From positions 768,001-832,000 of the forward strand of contig CP084167.1 of the NCBI GenBank assembly GCA_021513715.1: a DNA stretch of 64,000 nucleotides, written 5' to 3'. The first letter of the stretch is position 1. Each line of letters opens with the position of its first letter. The DNA comes from Candidatus Heimdallarchaeum endolithica. Its GTDB lineage: Archaea > Asgardarchaeota > Heimdallarchaeia > Heimdallarchaeales > Heimdallarchaeaceae. The notes under the pieces were generated by a model, which was not told the DNA's origin, did no database searches, and saw only the letters and a list, made by a program, of their open reading frames with translations. The translations under genes were made by a program, and so were the position numbers. Below are positions 50,474 to 60,184 of the stretch, in pieces.

Positions 50474-51640
50474 ATGACTAACGCAAGTAGTGTTAAAGAA
50501 ATTCTTATAGAAATGAAGACACTTTCAGAGATATGTATCGACTTAGCTTTTGCTTCCTTAATGTATTCAGACGAGTTAGTAGCAAAGCAAGTTTTTTTCA
50601 TAGAAAAAGAAATTGATGATCTTTACAAGAAACTTCTTACCCACCTTTCATTATCAATAAAAAGTACATCTATGGCTCAACAATTTCATATTTACTTTAC
50701 CATCGGAGAGGCAACTAATATTATCTCTGATTCTGCAGCAGATATTGCTTCGTTAGTTCAAAGAAACATCGTTGTTGATGATGAAATAAAAGAATTACAA
50801 AATCATATGGAGCAAGTTGTAGATTTAGTGCGAATAAATGAAAAGTCTATTCTTATAGGAGAATCTGAACTTTCTTCTGATATACATGATGTCATTGGAG
50901 TAGATATTGTTGGGATAATTAGGCCAGAAGAGGGGTTCTTTACTGAATATAACAAAATAATGAAAGAAGGAGATCTAGTAATTTTTCGAGCTCCATTAGA
51001 ATGTGCAAATGCTTTTATAATGCTTGCTAATGGAGAGATAACTTCTGTTGATGAAGCAAGAGTAAGAATAATTGAACAAAAAGAGAAGGAACCTGAAAAG
51101 AAACTAAGAAAACATCAAGAATTACTAGTAGATATGAAAGAAAAAGCAGAACTACTCGTCGACTTTTCTTATATCCTTGCTCTTGAAGACCTCCCAAGTA
51201 TTAAGAATCTTATTATTCAAACAGAAGAGGAAATAGATGATTTTCAATACAAGATTATTGAAGAAGTACTATCTCTGTATAAGAATGATAAAATATCAAA
51301 AAATACTTTAATTGCCTACTTAAGAATGGCAGACTCTTTTGAAGAGATAGCTGATGCAGCAGTGAAAATAGCTTTTGGTATAGCTACAAAACACAAACCT
51401 TACAGAATTTTAGAAGCTATAGTAGATGATTCTTCAGAAGCGCTCTATTTTATTTCAATAAACACTGACTCTCCTTACCTTAATAAAACTGTTAGAGAAG
51501 CAGAACAAACAGGAGACTATTTCCAGATTTTAGCACTCAAAAGAAAAGGAAAAATGATCTTTGAACCTGAAGGAGATGTGATAATAAGAAAAGGAGATGG
51601 ATTGATAGTTAAGGAATTTTCTAGTCCAGAAGACGAGTAA
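50474..51640 (+). CDS. Tandem PhoU + TrkA-C (RCK-C) domain protein
   Basis: Two copies of EMK...DLAF/S...E.EID...I.D.A..IA, each followed by an RCK-C segment. Confidence 0.8.
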   Translation: MTNASSVKEILIEMKTLSEICIDLAFASLMYSDELVAKQVFFIEKEIDDLYKKLLTHLSLSIKSTSMAQQFHIYFTIGEATNIISDSAADIASLVQRNIVVDDEIKELQNHMEQVVDLVRINEKSILIGESELSSDIHDVIGVDIVGIIRPEEGFFTEYNKIMKEGDLVIFRAPLECANAFIMLANGEITSVDEARVRIIEQKEKEPEKKLRKHQELLVDMKEKAELLVDFSYILALEDLPSIKNLIIQTEEEIDDFQYKIIEEVLSLYKNDKISKNTLIAYLRMADSFEEIADAAVKIAFGIATKHKPYRILEAIVDDSSEALYFISINTDSPYLNKTVREAEQTGDYFQILALKRKGKMIFEPEGDVIIRKGDGLIVKEFSSPEDE

Positions 51641-51652
51641 AAAGGAAATAAG

Positions 51653-52483
51653 TTAGCAGAGTGACTCAATCCATTGAATCATATCTTCAATAGCGCCTTT
51701 ACTATCCTCAAATATTTCATTATATATCTCATGTTTGCAATTCACATAAATTATTTTCTTTTTATTTTTTGAACCAAAGGAATTAAACAATTCTTCTTGC
51801 CCAGTCATAGTTTGATCGTCTTTTCCATATTGCATTAAAATTGGGATATTAATCTGCTTAAGTTGTTCTCTTACTTTTTTATAGTGCGTAATAAAATTCT
51901 TTCCTAATGCACAAGTAGCTGTCTTGAAATTAACTAGGGGATCATTAATATACTTCTCCACATTTTCTTTGTTATAGGATAAACCATTAGGATCTAACAT
52001 TGAAGGTAATTGCAACTTTGGAGCAATAGTACCTAAAAATATAACTATAGGATTTAAAATAACTGGATTTGTACTGTTTCTCGTTCCTGTTCCAGAAAGT
52101 ATCATCCCTTTTATTTTATCTTGATACTTAATAGCATAAGAATAAGCTATTATACTTCCCATTGAATGTCCTAATATAAATAAGGGTAAATTTCCACTTT
52201 CTTTTGTCACTAAATCTGTCAATATTTTTTCATCTTCTACATAATCAAAGAAACTTTTTGCATGATTTCTTATTCCTTCACTTTTTCCATGTCCTCTATG
52301 ATCATTTGCAACTACAACGAAACCTCGATAATTAAGTTTCTCTGCCACATGTTGATATCTTCCAGAATGTTCCCCAAACCCATGAATTATTTGAACAATT
52401 CCTTTAGGGTTTTCAACTTCCCAAATTCGATAAAAAATATTTAATTTATCTTTTGTTTTAAATGAACCTTCTTTATAACTCAT
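51653..52483 (-). CDS. Alpha/beta hydrolase, lysophospholipase/monoacylglycerol lipase type
   Basis: HGFGEHSGRY, DHRGHG.S.G, GHSMG and HEI.NE. Confidence 0.9.
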   Translation of the reverse strand: MSYKEGSFKTKDKLNIFYRIWEVENPKGIVQIIHGFGEHSGRYQHVAEKLNYRGFVVVANDHRGHGKSEGIRNHAKSFFDYVEDEKILTDLVTKESGNLPLFILGHSMGSIIAYSYAIKYQDKIKGMILSGTGTRNSTNPVILNPIVIFLGTIAPKLQLPSMLDPNGLSYNKENVEKYINDPLVNFKTATCALGKNFITHYKKVREQLKQINIPILMQYGKDDQTMTGQEELFNSFGSKNKKKIIYVNCKHEIYNEIFEDSKGAIEDMIQWIESLC

Positions 52484-52518
52484 AATAAAAGAAAGAAGAA
52501 AGATAAAAATAAACTTTT

Positions 52519-53433
52519 TTAAAAAGAATTTTTGTGTATAATTTTTAGCTTTTCCAAGATTAATTTAGCAATGTTTTCTATCATTTCTTGAATATCTGTT
52601 ACAGATTTATCTTTAGAGTCTATTTCAACAACTGTTTTCTTCTCTATCATCGCTTGGGTAAAGATGTGGTTATGCGGAATCTTAGCAATTATTGGAAACT
52701 CTTTTCCAAACTTTTCTTCAATTTCATTGGTTATATCCATGTTTATATCACTTTTATTCACAACTATAAAACCAGGAATATTGAATTGTTTAAGCAATTC
52801 AAGCACTCTTTCCAAGTCGTGTTTTCCAGAAACTGTTGGCTCACATACAACTATAGCCATGTGGCTTCCTGATAAAGAACTTATTACTGGACAGCCTATA
52901 CCTGGAGAGCCATCAATTAAGACTAATGATTTGTTGTCTTCTTTTGCCACTTCTAAAGCTTTCTTTCTTACTTCAGCTACTAACAACCCGCTACTTTCTT
53001 CTCCAGGAACAAGTTTTGCATGCACCATTCGTCCTATTCTTGTGTCAGAAACAAAGTAATTACCACTAACTCTTTCAACCATCGTTATTGCATCTACAGG
53101 ACATACATGCTTGCATAACCCACACCCTTCACATCGTACTATTTCTATATTTATTTCTTGATCAATTGCTCCATAACGACAAGATTCATAACATTTCATA
53201 CATTTGGTGCATTTATCAAAGTCTATTACAGCTTTTTTTGTTCCATAATACTCTGTTTCTTCTGATTTTTCAGGGGGGAATATAAGATACAAATCAGCTG
53301 CGTCAACATCAGCATCTGCAAGTATAGTATAACCTTGAAGTAAGAAAGCCAAAGAAGAGATTAATGATGTCTTTCCTGTTCCTCCTTTACCACTTATCAC
53401 AGTTACTTGTCTTATTTCAGTTTTGTCATTCAT
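52519..53433 (-). CDS. MinD-like P-loop ATPase with inserted 2x[4Fe-4S] ferredoxin
   Basis: SGKGGTGKT, DADVDA, two CxxCxxCxxxC motifs and DGSPGIGCPV. Confidence 0.9.
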   Translation of the reverse strand: MNDKTEIRQVTVISGKGGTGKTSLISSLAFLLQGYTILADADVDAADLYLIFPPEKSEETEYYGTKKAVIDFDKCTKCMKCYESCRYGAIDQEINIEIVRCEGCGLCKHVCPVDAITMVERVSGNYFVSDTRIGRMVHAKLVPGEESSGLLVAEVRKKALEVAKEDNKSLVLIDGSPGIGCPVISSLSGSHMAIVVCEPTVSGKHDLERVLELLKQFNIPGFIVVNKSDINMDITNEIEEKFGKEFPIIAKIPHNHIFTQAMIEKKTVVEIDSKDKSVTDIQEMIENIAKLILEKLKIIHKNSF

Positions 53434-54271
53434 TTTTTACTTCCTCCGTAATCTCTTTTATTATCTTCTGGAATTTTCCTTTCCATTCAGGAAATGTTTT
53501 TAGCAAATTATTGCCAACAGAATAAGACTTGGCTATCTTCAGATCAAAAGGAATGCGTAAAAGAATAGGAATACCTTTTTCTCTACAATAGTTTTCTAAT
53601 TCTTCATTACCTATTCCTTTCTTATTTATTATCACTCCAAATTTTTTATTTAATTGATACAAAGTTTCTACTACAACTTTCATATCAGAGAGTCCAAATG
53701 GAGTGGGTTCTGCAACAACTATCACATAATCTACATCAATTACAGCTTCAACCATTGGACAAGCGGAACCAGGAGGAGAATCAAATATAACATAATCCTT
53801 CTCTTCATCAATTTGCTCTTTTAAAGTTGAAATTATAGGTGTTGACAGTTCTTCTCCAACAATAAGTTCACCATAGTCAAACCTTCTTTTCTCATTTGTT
53901 CCTGAAAATATTTTACCTAAACTCCTGTTTTTTTCAGTTATTGCTTCTGTGGGGCAAACGACAGAACATACACCACAGCCATGGCAAATCCTATCAAAAA
54001 CCAATATTTGATTAGGTAAATTTGCTAAAGCGTTGTATTCACAATTTTTCACACACTCACCACATAAAATGCATTTAGTGCTATCTATGACAGGAATAGG
54101 AACTTGTGCATCTTTTACATACTCTGTTTTTATGTCCAAGAATAGAGAACAATTAGGTTCATCTACATCTGCATCGATTAGTTGTGCGTTTTCTAAAGAT
54201 AAAAACAAACTTGTGGCAAGAGTTGTTTTTCCTGTTCCCCCTTTACCTGACACTACTGCTATTGAAATCAC
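53426..54271 (-). CDS. MinD-like P-loop ATPase with inserted 2x[4Fe-4S] ferredoxin
   Basis: SGKGGTGKT, DVDEPN, two ferredoxin motifs, DSPPGSACP and EPTPFG. Confidence 0.9.
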   Translation of the reverse strand: MISIAVVSGKGGTGKTTLATSLFLSLENAQLIDADVDEPNCSLFLDIKTEYVKDAQVPIPVIDSTKCILCGECVKNCEYNALANLPNQILVFDRICHGCGVCSVVCPTEAITEKNRSLGKIFSGTNEKRRFDYGELIVGEELSTPIISTLKEQIDEEKDYVIFDSPPGSACPMVEAVIDVDYVIVVAEPTPFGLSDMKVVVETLYQLNKKFGVIINKKGIGNEELENYCREKGIPILLRIPFDLKIAKSYSVGNNLLKTFPEWKGKFQKIIKEITEEVKNE

Positions 54272-54343
54272 TTTTTCTACCTTCCTAGAATTTTATTAAA
54301 ATAAAAAAAAATAATCAAGAACTCATCTATACTTGAATTAATG

Positions 54344-54706
54344 TTAGTGGTAATGGTCGTGATGCCCACATCCATCAGTTTTTGAAGCTAACCTCAATTT
54401 TCCTTCTTTAAGATTTTCAATTACATTTTTCACTGTTCCTTCAGCTCCAACATATACACCAAGATTGAGTTCTTCTGCTAATTGAATAGCTCTTGCACCT
54501 ATACCTCCACAAAGAATAGCATTACAATGTTTAACTAAAAATTCAGCAGGCATCCCTACTCCGCCAAAATGATCGCTTGCATTATCAATTACTTTCAGTT
54601 CGTTAGTTTCTTCATCCCATATAGCATATAAAGGAGCTCTTCCAAAGTGTGCTGATACAGGAGAGTCCCACCCTTTATCTTCTTCAACTGGAATTGCGTA
54701 TTTCAT
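54344..54706 (-). CDS. NifB/NifX-family (FeMo-co-binding fold) protein
   Basis: HFGRAP, GGIG, and a C-terminal CGHHDHYH. Confidence 0.85.
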   Translation of the reverse strand: MKYAIPVEEDKGWDSPVSAHFGRAPLYAIWDEETNELKVIDNASDHFGGVGMPAEFLVKHCNAILCGGIGARAIQLAEELNLGVYVGAEGTVKNVIENLKEGKLRLASKTDGCGHHDHYH

Positions 54707-54717
54707 CTTTTATCCTC

Positions 54718-55047
54718 CTAAACAGTTTTTATTTTGTTTTTTTCTAACTTTTCTATCAAGTTCTTCCAAGGTTCTATTTGTCCTTTATAAATTGTAATAT
54801 TTGAAGTCCTTAGCACTTGCTCTGCATTAGGTCCTACTCTTGGAGCAATAACTGCTTTTACTCCTTGTGATGCAAGAAATTCAGAAGCTTTCACTCCTGC
54901 TCCTCCTCTTGCCATAGCAGAGGGATTTTCATGATATTCATATTTCTTAGTTTCTAAATCGTATATTAAATAATATAACGCTCTTCCAAATCTACTTGAT
55001 ATTGGAGCATCTTCAGATCTTTCATCTATTGGTATTCCGATTTTCAT
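54718..55047 (-). CDS. NifB/NifX-family protein
   Basis: RFGRA, NP....GGAG and VGPNA. Confidence 0.85.
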   Translation of the reverse strand: MKIGIPIDERSEDAPISSRFGRALYYLIYDLETKKYEYHENPSAMARGGAGVKASEFLASQGVKAVIAPRVGPNAEQVLRTSNITIYKGQIEPWKNLIEKLEKNKIKTV

Positions 55048-55352
55048 AAAATCACTTCTTTCTTTTTGTCTAATTCTGGTTCAGAGTCGAATTTTATTGC
55101 TTGATTCTCAAATAAAGCTGTTGCTATTTTTTTTCTTGCAATTCTTAAATCTCGACTACAACTTGACTGTGATATACCCATCTTTTTAGCTGCTTCAACT
55201 TGTTTTAACCCAAAGTAATCTGCATAGTACAACACTGTTACTTCTTCTTTTGTCAGTAACTGTGTCTCCAGCTCTTTAAATGGTATAGCCACGGGTTTGA
55301 ACACATGTTCATTCACATCTATACAACAACGTTTTATCTTCCTCTGAACCAT
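55044..55352 (-). CDS. DUF134 HTH protein
   Basis: FKP, L..EE...L...D..GL.Q.EAA..MGISQ and ARKKIA.AL. Confidence 0.85.
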   Translation of the reverse strand: MVQRKIKRCCIDVNEHVFKPVAIPFKELETQLLTKEEVTVLYYADYFGLKQVEAAKKMGISQSSCSRDLRIARKKIATALFENQAIKFDSEPELDKKKEVIL

Positions 55353-55394
55353 ACATCAGACATTTTTCTAATTGATTATATAAACATTTAGTTA

Positions 55395-55408
55395 TGAATA
55401 ATTATTCA
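55395..55408. promoter_or_regulatory. TGAAT-N4-ATTCA operator, site 1
   Basis: Perfect palindrome TGAATAATTATTCA, 10 nt upstream (minus strand) of TTTATATA at 55377-55384. Confidence 0.6.
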
Positions 55409-55468
55409 CATGGTTCTGTTTTTGTAAGAAAAATAAGAAAATTAGAGAGAAAAAAAGAAAAGAAGAAA

Positions 55469-55900
55469 TCATTCAACTACTTCAATTTCTAGTAGATTAT
55501 GATTAATAATAGAATCGGCTATTCTTTTTCTAAGACCTTTAAGATAACGCCAAACACTTGTTTGAGAGATACCTAATTTTTCAGCTATCTCTTTTTGAGT
55601 GAACTCTTCAACATCAGCCATTTTTAAAATCTCTAGTTCAAAACTAGAAATAACTAAAATATTATGAGCTTGATTAATTCGACGATTAATGGGTATAGAA
55701 TAAGCCACAGGAGGACGTCCTCTTCTAAAATGCTTTCTACCCATACCACGCTGCCCATGCATTCCACCTCTTCGCATTCCAAGTCTAGGCCCACCTCCAA
55801 TGCTTCTTCTTGGAGAAAAGAATTGATTATCAAAATTAGATTTTTCTTTTTCTTTTCCTTTTTTTCCTTCGTTTGATGAATCATCACTCATAATATTCAC
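55469..55900 (-). CDS. DUF134-like HTH protein with Arg/Gly-rich N-terminus
   Basis: RGG-rich stretch, GRPP, and E.EIL..AD.E..TQ.EIA.KLGISQ. Confidence 0.75.
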   Translation of the reverse strand: MNIMSDDSSNEGKKGKEKEKSNFDNQFFSPRRSIGGGPRLGMRRGGMHGQRGMGRKHFRRGRPPVAYSIPINRRINQAHNILVISSFELEILKMADVEEFTQKEIAEKLGISQTSVWRYLKGLRKRIADSIINHNLLEIEVVE

Positions 55901-55937
55901 TCTTTGAAAAAAGAAAAAAACAAATAAAAAAGTGTTT

Positions 55938-56291
55938 TTACTTATTCAATTTCTGTTTTTCTTCTTCTAGTAAAGATATTTCCTTTTGAAGGTACTCTAT
56001 TTGCTTTTCGATTAATGAAATCTCATAATCTATTGCATCATCATTAGATGGTTTTCCATAAGGATCCCATTGCGCATTTGTTGGAGGATTTTCAACTCCC
56101 TGATATTCAGGCATTGCCCACCAACCACGTGGTCTGTCTGGGAAAAAGTCACAATTTGGACTTACCCACCTACGTCCACCAAATCCTGCACCAAATCCTC
56201 TTCTAAATCCGAAACCCCGGCCATAACCAAATCCTCTGCCATATCCATATCCTGGTCCGTATCCATATCCATATCTTCTGTAATATACCAT
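55938..56291 (-). CDS. DUF5320-like Gly/Arg/Tyr-rich protein with C-terminal coiled coil
   Basis: GYGPGYGYGRGFG repeats, C...P..PRGWW and C-terminal heptads. Confidence 0.75.
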   Translation of the reverse strand: MVYYRRYGYGYGPGYGYGRGFGYGRGFGFRRGFGAGFGGRRWVSPNCDFFPDRPRGWWAMPEYQGVENPPTNAQWDPYGKPSNDDAIDYEISLIEKQIEYLQKEISLLEEEKQKLNK

Positions 56292-56311
56292 TTTTTCACC
56301 TCAATCATTAT

Positions 56312-56378
56312 TGAATTATTATTCAAAATATATTAAACACCCCCAATATATAAAGATTATGTTTTGAGTTATAATTCA
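56312..56378. promoter_or_regulatory. Two TGAAT-N4-ATTCA sites flanking the TATA box of the DUF5320 gene
   Basis: TGAAT-TATT-ATTCA at 56312-56325 and TGAGT-TATA-ATTCA at 56365-56378, with TATA at 56347-56354. Confidence 0.6.
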
Positions 56379-56450
56379 AAATGTGTTTTTAAAAAATACA
56401 CAACTACAAATTTAAAAAAGGTAGAATTGGAAATAAGTCGGTAGATAAAT

Positions 56451-57728
56451 ATGGTAGACGTAAAACCTTTTCGAGGGATAAGATATACTAAAAAAGCAGG
56501 AAATATAGCAAATTTAATTGCGCAGCCATATGATAAAATAGATGAAGAAATGCAGAAAGAATACTATGAAAAATCTGAATATAATTACTGTAGACTAACA
56601 TTACCTATAGAAGAAGACAGGTATAACATAGCAAGGAAAAGATTGGAAGAATGGTTAACTAATGAGATTTTACAAAAAGATGATAAACCAGCTTTTTATG
56701 TTTATTTCCAAGAATTTCAACTTTTTGGGAAAATGTATATCCGTAAAGGCTTTATTGGAGCTCTAAGATTGCACCCATTTGAAGAAAATATTGTTCTTCC
56801 TCATGAAAAAACTCACAAAGGACCAAAAATTGACAGATTAAACATGCTAAAAACAACAAAGCACACTCTAGAACCTGGATTTATCCTTTACTCTGATAAA
56901 GATAAAGAAACAATTAGAATTTTTGAGGAATTAACTCAAAAAGAAGAACCAATAATTGATGTAGGAGATAGTTTAGGAGCTAGAAATAGAGTATGGAAAC
57001 TAACAGACCCAGAACAAATCAAAAAGGTTCAAGAAATTTTCAATGGACAACAGCTAGTTATTGCTGATGGACATCACAGATATGAAACTGCTTGCACTTA
57101 CAGAGATATGAGAAGAGAGGAAAAGAAAGATTGGGATGAAAATGATGCTTTTAACTTCAGAATGACTTACTTAGTTCCTGTAGAAGATGAAGGATTAGTA
57201 GTACTTGCCACTCACAGATGTTTAGCTAAAGAAAAAGTTACTCCTGAACAAGAAGAAACATTCAAGAAATATTTTGATATAAATAAAATTTCAAAAGAAG
57301 AAATTCCTGAATTCTTGGAGAAAAACATTGGTAAACATGTTTTTATTTATTATCAAGACGGAATAGCTAAATCTATGATTATAAAAGACCCCTCTACAAT
57401 TAATGAATTTGTTCAAGATAGGAGTAATGAATATAAGAAACTTGATGTTGTAATTCTTCGAGATATGATCTTTCAAGGGATAATGGGACTTTCAGATCTA
57501 AAGATAGATGATGATATTTTCTATGAGAGATGGTGGAATGAAGCTATTCAGAAAGTTGATGAAGGAAAATACAAAGTAGCTTTCATTCTTAATCCCACAA
57601 GAGCAGAACAAGTTTTAGCTGTTGCTAAAAATCATGAAAGAATGCCACAAAAATCTACAGATTTCTATCCTAAAATGATTAGTGGACTTACAATGATGAG
57701 TTTAGAAGATGGAGAAAAATTAAATTAA
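56451..57728 (+). CDS. DUF1015 family protein
   Basis: PFRG.RY, PYD, LPHE.T, IADGHHRYE and MPQKST.FYPK..SGL. Confidence 0.9.
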   Translation: MVDVKPFRGIRYTKKAGNIANLIAQPYDKIDEEMQKEYYEKSEYNYCRLTLPIEEDRYNIARKRLEEWLTNEILQKDDKPAFYVYFQEFQLFGKMYIRKGFIGALRLHPFEENIVLPHEKTHKGPKIDRLNMLKTTKHTLEPGFILYSDKDKETIRIFEELTQKEEPIIDVGDSLGARNRVWKLTDPEQIKKVQEIFNGQQLVIADGHHRYETACTYRDMRREEKKDWDENDAFNFRMTYLVPVEDEGLVVLATHRCLAKEKVTPEQEETFKKYFDINKISKEEIPEFLEKNIGKHVFIYYQDGIAKSMIIKDPSTINEFVQDRSNEYKKLDVVILRDMIFQGIMGLSDLKIDDDIFYERWWNEAIQKVDEGKYKVAFILNPTRAEQVLAVAKNHERMPQKSTDFYPKMISGLTMMSLEDGEKLN

Positions 57729-57761
57729 AAAATACCAAGCTCATTTTTTTCTTCATTTCAT

Positions 57762-59546
57762 TTAGGCAACTTTAATTGTATATCTTTTTTCTGCTTCATC
57801 AGAGTAGATTGTTAAGAGTTTATCGAATGTCTCTTTTTCTAGGAAGCCATGTGCTGTCATCATTTCTGTAAATCTTTTTGGGAATCTTTGATACGCTTCT
57901 ATGAGACTAAAACCTTCAGCGTACTTAAATTGCAATCTCTTTCTCTGTATTTCCATCCCCATTTTCAGTAGCTCTTCTTCAGTTCTATTAATTTTTAAAC
58001 TATCTAAAGCCTGAATTGTTGTGTTTATATCGTATACTCCTCTAGCAAAAAGGCAAATTACCATGCTATTTAGAACATTTCTCCACTCTTCTTCATTTAT
58101 TAAAGAATTAATTCCTTTTTCTAAAGTAATTGGTTTGTTTAATATTTTTTGATCTAATGAATAACCAGCGTTGTCTAGATGACTGTGTCTTCCACCAATG
58201 AGAAAACCCATAATAGCATAATATCCAGTTCTATAACCTGCAGGTTCTAGTTTTGCTACTCTTATACCAAAATCATTTCCTCCATATTTCTCCACAAGTT
58301 CTTCTACTCCCTTTGAAGCTGAATAATAAAGTTCGCTTTCTTCTGTAGCTTTAGATATTTTTTTGATAATAGACAAGAAATCATCTACCCTACCAAATCT
58401 AATTAATTCTCCTTCTGTATCTTTAGGACTAATTAAGTTTCTTTCATATGCTTCAGCTAACCAAGCAAAAACAACCCCTATAGATATAGCGTCCATTCCT
58501 TCTTTCTCAATTGCTTCAATTAGTTTTAAGATATCTTTAGCATTACCTATCTTAAGATTTGAACCAAGAGCATAGATAAGTTCATAATCGTAAGATACAG
58601 CAATAGAGTGAATATCAGCTACAGTTCCTTTTTCCCATCTTTCTCTTAAGATTGCTAAATGAATACAACCTATTGGACAACCTCCACAAGCCACTCTCTT
58701 GCCTAATAACTCTGAAGCGAAATATTCACCAGAGATATTTTCAGCTTCTTCAAAGTAACTTTCTGCAAAGTTCCTGGTAGGTAAGGATTTAAGAGCATTT
58801 AGAGGTAATATTCCTGCAGCTGTTCCAAGTATATGGTATTTAGCCATTAGATTTGTTTCAGTAGTTTTCTTATATATTTCTCTAAATACTCTTCTATATT
58901 GTTTATACTTAGTATTGGACTCTAAGGAAATGGGTTGATCTCCAATAATAGCAAAACCTTTAACATTCTTGCTCCCTAAAACAGCTCCTAAACCTGTTCT
59001 ACCAAAATGTCTAGTTCTGTCTACAGTCGCACAAGCATAAGGAATCAATCTTTCTCCAGCTGGACCAATTGTTACAACAGAACGATTACCTGGATGACCT
59101 ATCTTTTCTCTTATTATTCTACCAGTTGTATTAGGAGACATATACATCAAAGGTTTAGCATTAAAAAATTGAACTCCATCTTCATAAGAAACAAAGTAAA
59201 TAGGTTCAGGAGACTTACCCTTTAAAATTAAAGCTCCTAAGTTATTAAAGCGCATTGCTGTTGATAATCTTCCTCCAGCATAAGATTCACCTAAATTACC
59301 AGTTAAAGGACTCTTGAAAACTGCACAAGTTTTAGAAGCAACTGGAAAATATGTATTCAGAGGTCCAATAGCAAAAATTACAACATTTTCTGGAGAAAGA
59401 GGATCTACTCCTGTTTGAAGATGTTGATTGAGTAATTCAATACCTACACCTATTCCACCCATATACTTATCAAAAAGATTCTCTGATTCATAAATTTCGA
59501 ATGAGAGATCACTTAAATTAATTTCTAAAATATTTGGATATAACAT
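57762..59546 (-). CDS. Aldehyde:ferredoxin oxidoreductase (AOR/WOR) family tungstoenzyme
   Basis: KSPLTG..GES.AGG, IGPAGE, GR.GLGAV.GSKN.K, CxxCPIGC and G.D.IS. ATG at 59546 follows GGTGAG. Confidence 0.92.
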   Translation of the reverse strand: MLYPNILEINLSDLSFEIYESENLFDKYMGGIGVGIELLNQHLQTGVDPLSPENVVIFAIGPLNTYFPVASKTCAVFKSPLTGNLGESYAGGRLSTAMRFNNLGALILKGKSPEPIYFVSYEDGVQFFNAKPLMYMSPNTTGRIIREKIGHPGNRSVVTIGPAGERLIPYACATVDRTRHFGRTGLGAVLGSKNVKGFAIIGDQPISLESNTKYKQYRRVFREIYKKTTETNLMAKYHILGTAAGILPLNALKSLPTRNFAESYFEEAENISGEYFASELLGKRVACGGCPIGCIHLAILRERWEKGTVADIHSIAVSYDYELIYALGSNLKIGNAKDILKLIEAIEKEGMDAISIGVVFAWLAEAYERNLISPKDTEGELIRFGRVDDFLSIIKKISKATEESELYYSASKGVEELVEKYGGNDFGIRVAKLEPAGYRTGYYAIMGFLIGGRHSHLDNAGYSLDQKILNKPITLEKGINSLINEEEWRNVLNSMVICLFARGVYDINTTIQALDSLKINRTEEELLKMGMEIQRKRLQFKYAEGFSLIEAYQRFPKRFTEMMTAHGFLEKETFDKLLTIYSDEAEKRYTIKVA

Positions 59547-59557
59547 TTTCAACTCAC

Positions 59558-59989
59558 CTACCATTCTCCTGTAGCTTCTTCCATCACTAAAACACCAGTG
59601 GAACAATATTGCACACAAGCTCCACATTGACGACAAACTATTGCTTTATTGATATCAACATCAATATGTATTGCTCCAGGAATGGGACAAGCTTCAATAC
59701 ATTCTTGGTTGCATTTAGTAGCGTCACAAATTTCTCTGTCAACAATAACCCCTCCACCTTCTCTTGGTTTTATTGCTCCAGGAATAGGGCAAGCAGGAGC
59801 GCAAGGAGGAGATCTACACCCTCTACATACTACAACAACATAATTACGTTCTATTCCTCCGCTTGCTTTAACTGCTATTGCGCTACGATAGTTGGATAAT
59901 AATTTTTCATTTGTCCTAGAGCAAGCATAAACACATTCTAAACAACCAATACATCTGTCTAGGTTCTTGACTCTTAATCTTTTTCCCAT
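59558..59989 (-). CDS. 4Fe-4S ferredoxin-like subunit of the AOR
   Basis: Four Cys clusters (CIGCLEC..AC, CRGC..PPC..ACP, C..ACP, CRQCGAC..YC). Confidence 0.9.
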   Translation of the reverse strand: MGKRLRVKNLDRCIGCLECVYACSRTNEKLLSNYRSAIAVKASGGIERNYVVVVCRGCRSPPCAPACPIPGAIKPREGGGVIVDREICDATKCNQECIEACPIPGAIHIDVDINKAIVCRQCGACVQYCSTGVLVMEEATGEW

Positions 59990-60184
59990 AATTAAAATAT
60001 TTCTTTAAACATTAAAAAATGAATTGGTTCATTTTCTATTATTATGATTTATTTGTAAATAGACTTGGAAATAAAAAATTAGATTTAGTGTTTGAAGTAT
60101 TTTATTAATTTTAAAAACTAAACAAAGTTTAAATTCCTTTATCTTTCATTGTCTATCATCATAGAACAAATTAGTTGAATACTA

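Noticed and set aside
54344-55047. Nitrogen fixation genes
   Set aside because: The NifB/NifX-fold proteins are stand-alone; there is no nifHDK or radical-SAM NifB here.
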